Origin: Neocallimastix sp. 'constans'
Lineage: Eukaryota
Reading direction: 5' to 3'
DNA length: 64,000 nucleotides
Assembly (NCBI GenBank): GCA_050613775.1
Contig: JBODTK010000106.1
Coordinates: 372,001 to 436,000, forward strand
Each line of letters opens with the position of its first letter. Position 1 is the first letter of the stretch. Shown here in pieces: positions 57,587 to 64,000 of this stretch. Made by a program: the position numbers and the translations under genes. The notes beneath the pieces were generated by a model, which was not told the origin of the DNA, ran no database searches, and saw only the letters and a list, made by a program, of their open reading frames with translations.

Positions 57587-58306
57587 CTACATAATCCAAT
57601 ATGCTACAGCAATTATAATATATGCTGATAATAGCATTACACCTTCTAGCCAATTACTTTTACCATCATTAATAATTTGGTTAACAATTAAAACAGATAT
57701 AAAAATACTAAGAGATTCAAATACTGTAAATACTAATGAAAGATTAACATTAATAATCCAACCCACAATAACTAATAATGGAATAACCATTAATGCTACT
57801 TGCATAGATGAACCAAGAGCAACGCCAATAGCTAAATCCATTTTATTCTTTAAAGCTACAGTTACTGCTGTAACATGTTCGGCAGCATTACCAACAATTG
57901 GTAAAAGAATTAAGCCAACAAATGATGGGGAAAGATTCCAATCCTCTGAAATGCCTTCAATTGAATCAACCAAATAATCTGCACAAATAGATATAAGTAT
58001 AGTAACAATTATTAATAAAATTAAAGAGAATGATAACGAAATTGTTGATTCTTCAGGTTCTTCTTGCTCTTGTTCCCCTTCTTCCATTCCTCTATGAATA
58101 CTTAAACTTTCATATTCCATACTATTTGTATGAGCAAATATTTGATTGTTATTATTTGTTTTGAAAAATCTTGCATGAGTTTTTAATTGAAAAAGTAAAT
58201 ATAATCCATAAACAATAAGCATTACTACTGCAGTACATCTTGAAAATTTAATTTCTCTTTCTTCAACATCTGATTTACTGTTTAAAACGAAACGAAATGA
58301 AATGAA

Positions 58307-58338
<32 letters not shown>

Positions 58339-59887
58339 ATATTAAAGCAATAATTAATTAATATATTAATAAAATAATATATATAGGTATTAACATAAAT
58401 CTTTTAATTTACTATTCAAATAAAATTATATATATATTTATTGTATAATTAAAATAAATTATAATTAATAATAGTATATATATATATATTAATTTAATAA
58501 GAATTACTTTTCATCTTCATAATTAAATGCAACCGGTAAAATAACCATAAAAATAGTCATTACTAATAATGATGCGGATGTATCACTTGAAGTTGTGTTA
58601 AATTTCTTAAAATGTATTATAATATAATTTTTAATTATATTTATTATTTATTATAATCTAATGATATTATAAAATAAAAAACAATTTATTTATTTACTTG
58701 AAATTTATATTTTAAACCACCAAAAAAGAGACAAAGGCCAAGTACTAATAAAAGGTTTGATAAAAGTGAACCTATCATTGATCTTAATTATTTTATAATA
58801 GGATAATTTTATTATTAAGTAATTAAAAGAAAAAAATAAAATAATAACAATAGATAATTTTATAAATTTTATTATAATTAAATTACGCTTTAACAACATC
58901 AATAAGTCCACCTCTTAAGGCCATAATACCAATAATCTTTTATTTTTAAACGAAATAAAAAATAAAAATAAAAATAAAAATAAAAATAAAAATAAAAATA
59001 AAAATAAAAATAAAAATAAAAATAAAAATAAAAATAAAAATAAAAATAAAAATAAAAATAAAAATAAAAATAAAAATAAAAATAAAAATAAAAATAAAAA
59101 TAAAAATAAAAATAAAAATAAAAATAAAAATAAAAATAAAAATAAAAATAAAAATAAAAATAAAAATAAAAATAAAAATAAAAATAAAAATAAAAAGATA
59201 ATTAATAAAAATATATATTTTTTTAATTAATCAATATATAATAGTATTATTAAAATATTCATATATTAATATATACCAATTCCACAGCATTACCGAATGT
59301 AGCATTTAATAATCCACCAAGAGTTTCTGATGTTCTAAGACTTAATTCTTCAGTTGAGAAACTATTTTAAAAATATATAAAGGTTAAAAAATTTGTATAA
59401 AAATTTTAAATAATTTTAATATACCTAATTTCATATAGTTAAAATTTACCCAAGAAGTTTAGCTAAAGCTAAATATATTTAATATTTAAAATGAAATTGA
59501 AAATGTTAAAATTATAAGTTATTTTATTTTAATATATCAATACTAATATATTGAATTTCTTAATTTTTTAAATTCATATGTATTTTATTTTATTTATATG
59601 AAAGCATAATATTTCCACATACGTATAATAGCAATAAAATTACAAAGAAAAATAGATGTATCATTCATATTTAACATTGCACTAAGAATACCAAAAGGAA
59701 TGAATATAAGAAGTACATTAAGACTTGAACATTTCAAGGTATTCTTCATAGATACTTTAAAACTAATTTTATTTCTTTGATCAGGAATTATATTTTGGTT
59801 TTGATAAAGATCTGGATTATCGGTGGCATTGTGATTATTCATTTGATGTAGGTCATTTGTTAAAAGTGGCTGATATTCGTTTGGCAT
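57587..59887 (-). CDS. VCX1: Vacuolar Ca2+/H+ exchanger (CAX family), multi-exon
   Basis: LNVLLIFIPFG, TEELSLRTSETLGGLLNATFGNAVE, GLILLPIVGNAAEHVTAV, MDLAIGVALGSSMQVAL, DGKSNWLEGVMLL. Confidence 0.95.
58955..59195. repeat. (AAAAAT)n intronic microsatellite
   Basis: Pure hexamer array inside a VCX1 intron. Confidence 0.9.
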
Positions 59888-60432
59888 AATGACTTAATTT
59901 ATACATAAAAGAATAAATTTTTAGTATTTATAATAATTTTAATTTAGTAAATCTTTATAATAATATAATATTTTGATTACATTTTATTTTATTTTATTTT
60001 ATTTTATTTTATTTTTTTATATTTTATTTTATTTTATTTTTTTTTTTAATATTTATTTTAATTTTTAATTTATATTTTTTTTATTTATTGTTATTTTTTT
60101 TCTTTTCTTTTTTTCTTATTTTTTTTTTTTTATTTATTATTATTTCCTTTCTTCTCTTTTATATTTATTTATTTATTAATTTTGTTTTTCTTTTTATTTA
60201 TTGTTTTTTTTTCCAATGAGTAAAATCTTCCTGCTGTCCCGAACTTTTTTTTACTCAATATGTATAATATTATTCCAGCTATTTCAAACTTTTTTTTTTT
60301 TATAAGTATTATCTTATTCCTGCAATTCCAAATTTTTTTTTTTCTCAATGTGAAAATAAAGAGAATTAAAATATATATATATTTTTATAAATTATATAAA
60401 TAAATTAATTAACTTTAATTTAGATTTAATAA

Positions 60433-60463
<31 letters not shown>

Positions 60464-61146
60464 TAAAATAAAATAAAAAAATTTATATATATATATATAT
60501 ATCATTCCATATTTTAATTTACTAAAAATTCTTTTTTAATATATTAGTTTGTATTAAACTTTAAATATTATAAAAATTTCTTCTTTAATGTAATTTTTTT
60601 TTTTTACTTCGCATTTAAATTTAAATTAATTTTGTTAATAATTGTTGTTATTTTTTAATTTATATTTAATTTATTATTTTAAGATAAATATAATTAAATA
60701 CTATTATTTATTTATTTACACATTTATTTATTTATTATAATATATTTTTAAATCTTGAATATTTAAAAATTATTTTTTTTGTTTTAGATAGTAAATAATT
60801 GATAATTTATTGATTATTAATTTTTTATATAGACTTTTTATTGTAAATTATAACATTATGTTATAATTCATATTAAATAAGAATAATTATTCATATTTAA
60901 TATGTATACAATTATTTACTAAATTATACATACTCTTAATAGAAAAAAATATGAGTAAAAAGAAGAAATACTTTAATTTATGCCTTATTTCTCAGTGACT
61001 TTTTTTTTTTTAAAAAAAAAAAAAAAATAGTAATAATAATTAAATAATATGATGATAAATTAGTGTATTGTTATAAACATAATCCAATATTTGTAGAAAA
61101 TTATCTAATAATATTTTTATTATAAGCTATTAAATATTCAATGGTC

Positions 61147-62052
61147 TTATTCTCCAACTTTTTGATAGTTTCTATAATATACATTATAAATAATACGTTA
61201 ATCTTAAATGATACTGAATATTATAATATGATTTATTATATATAAAATACAAACATTATCTTTATAGAATTTAATTTTTTTAAGAATGTTGGTAAAACAC
61301 ATAACTCATTGTAAAGGAAATTACTGAATTAATAAAAACATAAATTTAAATTTAAATATTATTAAATAAAATATAGTTGTACTATTTTTTATATTTTATA
61401 TATATATATTTTAAAAACATACATTTCTTTTAAGTTGATTAGTTTTATATATTCTGGTGGTATTTCTTTAATTGAATTTGTAGATATATTTCTAAAAATA
61501 TTATATATATTAATAATTATTATTTTCTGTTAATTATTATTAATATTTATTTATTTATTATTTTTATTAATAACAATTATTTATATTATAATTATATATT
61601 TTTATATTTAAATATACATACAAATATTTTAAATATTTTAGGTTACCAATTGATTTAGGTAAAATTTTAATTTCGTTATCATTTGCTAGTCTATTATAAA
61701 ATTATATTATTAAAGGTTAAAAACATTAATAATATATACAAAATAGCTCTTGTTTCATATATACATTAATTTATATAATTACAAATTTTCAAGGTATTTT
61801 ATATCACCAATTTTATCAGATATATTAGATATTCTATTTTTACTTATATTTCTAATTTATATATAAATGAATAAAAATCATTGTTGATAAATAGTATTAA
61901 ATAAAAAAAAATATATAGTTTGATTAATTATAAATACATGATTGTAATATTTAAAAATTAAGATAATTACAATGTTTTTAGATTTGGCCATTTACAAACA
62001 TTTAGATTTAAAAGTTGATTGGAAGATAAATCACTTTATTTTTAATATTTTA

Positions 62053-62128
<76 letters not shown>

Positions 62129-62622
62129 TAATATTTTTAATTTATTTATTGTTAAAAAAAATATAATGAATTTATTTAATGGAATATTGTAATATTATAT
62201 AAAGAATTAAAAAATTACATATATTCCAAGTTTGGCAACTCAAAAATTTCATCAGGTAATGTTGTTAAACAATTATATGAAATATCCCTAAAAAGATAAT
62301 AATATTAATAAAAATATTTAGGCGTTTTTTTTGTTTTGTTTTGTTTTGTTTGTTTGTTTAAATTTATATATATATATGTTAAAGTAAAAAATGTACAAGA
62401 ATTTTAAACTGGTTAATTTATTAATATTGGAAGAAATAGATGTTATATTGTTAACTTGAATACTCCTATAAATTTATAAATTATTATTAAATTAATATTT
62501 TACAAGTTTTAATTATTTAATTATATATGAAAATTACAAATCTTTTAATTTGGTGAGACAAAATATTGGTTCTGGAATAGTTTTAAAGTAATTATATGAA
62601 ATATATCTAAAAAATAGTAATA

Positions 62623-62660
<38 letters not shown>

Positions 62661-64000
62661 GAAATTTAATTACATTAATGTAATTATTAATTTTTTAATA
62701 AAATAAAATTTTTCTTATAATAAAATTCATATACAGTTTTGTTAAGTTGGTAAATTTATCCATTTCACTAAACATAGTTGTTAAATTATTATTCGAAAAA
62801 GATCTAATAAGTAATATTTGTTATGAGTATTAAATGTTAATATTCGATCTTAACATATAAAATATTTTTATATTAAAATATTATATTGTAACTTACAGAT
62901 ATCTAACATAATAGTATTTATTCTTTTTTAATTTTAATTCTTTAATATTATTAGTATGTAAATCTCTAATAATATATTTATATCCAATGATATATATAAA
63001 ATTTAATATTTATAATATAATTTTATATATATATATTTAATATATTAGAATTTTTTAATGAAAATTTACAAGTTTTGAAGGTTTTCCATATTACTAAGAA
63101 ATTCTGGCACTTCAGTAATTTCATTAGAATATACAATTCTACTCATAAATTATGTATGAAAATTAAAATAAAATTCTATAAGTATTTATCATTTTTAAAT
63201 TGTAATTTTTTTATAGAAAATGAATTAAATATATTTTTTATATTCATACAAATCTTCAAGCTTTTTTAAATATATAATTTCTTCAGGAATCTTTGTAATA
63301 CTATTACATGAAAAATTTCTTTATATATATATTTATGTAATTAATATTTAATTATTATCATATAAATATATATATGTTATATATGTAATATACAGTTGAA
63401 TAATAAATTTTAACTATAATTTGTTATCAATTTATATTTAATTATATATATATATATATATATATCATTTACATCATTTTTAAATTAGTCATGGATTTGA
63501 TTTCAGCTGGAATTGATTTTAATTTATTATTATGAGTATTTCTATTAAAATTTAATACCCAATATATATAAATATTATATATAAAAATAAAAAAATTATT
63601 ATTTATATGATCTAAAAATACTATAATATATTTTTATTTTACAAATTATTTACATACAATTCTTGCAATTGAACTAATTTAAATACACATGAAGGAATAT
63701 GTGAAAATTTATTATATTGAATATGTCTAATATTATATATATATACATTTAATCATTATATTTATTTAACATGAAATATATATGTATATATAAAAAATGA
63801 CATATTAATTTAATACAATTTTTCAAGTTTTTTTAATGATGAAAGTTCTTCCGGTAAGGATTTTAAATTATTGTTGGAAAGTTTTCTAATCAATTATTTA
63901 AATATGATAATTTTATTTATTAATAATACTTTAAACATTAATATATGTATATATTTTAATTACAAGCCTTACAATTTTTTTAAGTTGTTTAATTTACTGA
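61147..64000 (-). CDS. Leucine-rich repeat protein, one LRR per exon (5' part outside window)
   Basis: About 16 exons; those measured are 63-69 nt with phase-2 GT-AG introns, e.g. LANDNEIKILPKSIGNLKYLKYL, IVYSNEITEVPEFLSNMENLQNL, SNNNLKSLPEELSSLKKLEKL; last exon NYQKVGE* (stop 61147-61149). Confidence 0.88.

Noticed and set aside
60216..60258. TGAGTAAAA...TTTTACTCA hairpin upstream of VCX1
   Set aside because: A 9-bp AT-rich stem is expected by chance at this composition.

Overview
Extremely AT-rich eukaryotic DNA with long poly-A/T runs, (AAT)n tracts and short GT-AG introns. Composition and gene content point to an anaerobic gut fungus (Neocallimastigomycota); this is an inference. Supported host genes: a solute-binding-protein/class C GPCR fusion (cut by the window start and absent from the ORF track), a 4-TM protein, a secreted/anchored possible permuted papain-like peptidase, a 7TM-RGS receptor, Sec14, a class V PLP enzyme ending in SKL, a lysine-rich membrane protein, a VCX1/CAX Ca2+/H+ exchanger and an LRR gene with one repeat per exon (cut by the window end). 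The rest is largely mobile DNA: a rearranged Copia/Gypsy nest (3.7-10.8 kb), a Mutator-like element with TIRs and 9-bp TSD, a MULE relic, three copies of a poly-A-tailed SINE-like family and a decayed Copia (44-48 kb). Most notable: (1) a decayed intronless multisubunit RNA polymerase fragment at 30.8-32.0 kb resembling cytoplasmic linear-plasmid/virus polymerases; (2) a Copia primer-binding site matching the 5' half of tRNA-Lys(CUU); (3) the SINE-like family; (4) an inversion splitting a Gypsy pol with a 29-bp inverted duplication. All calls were made by eye, without database searches.
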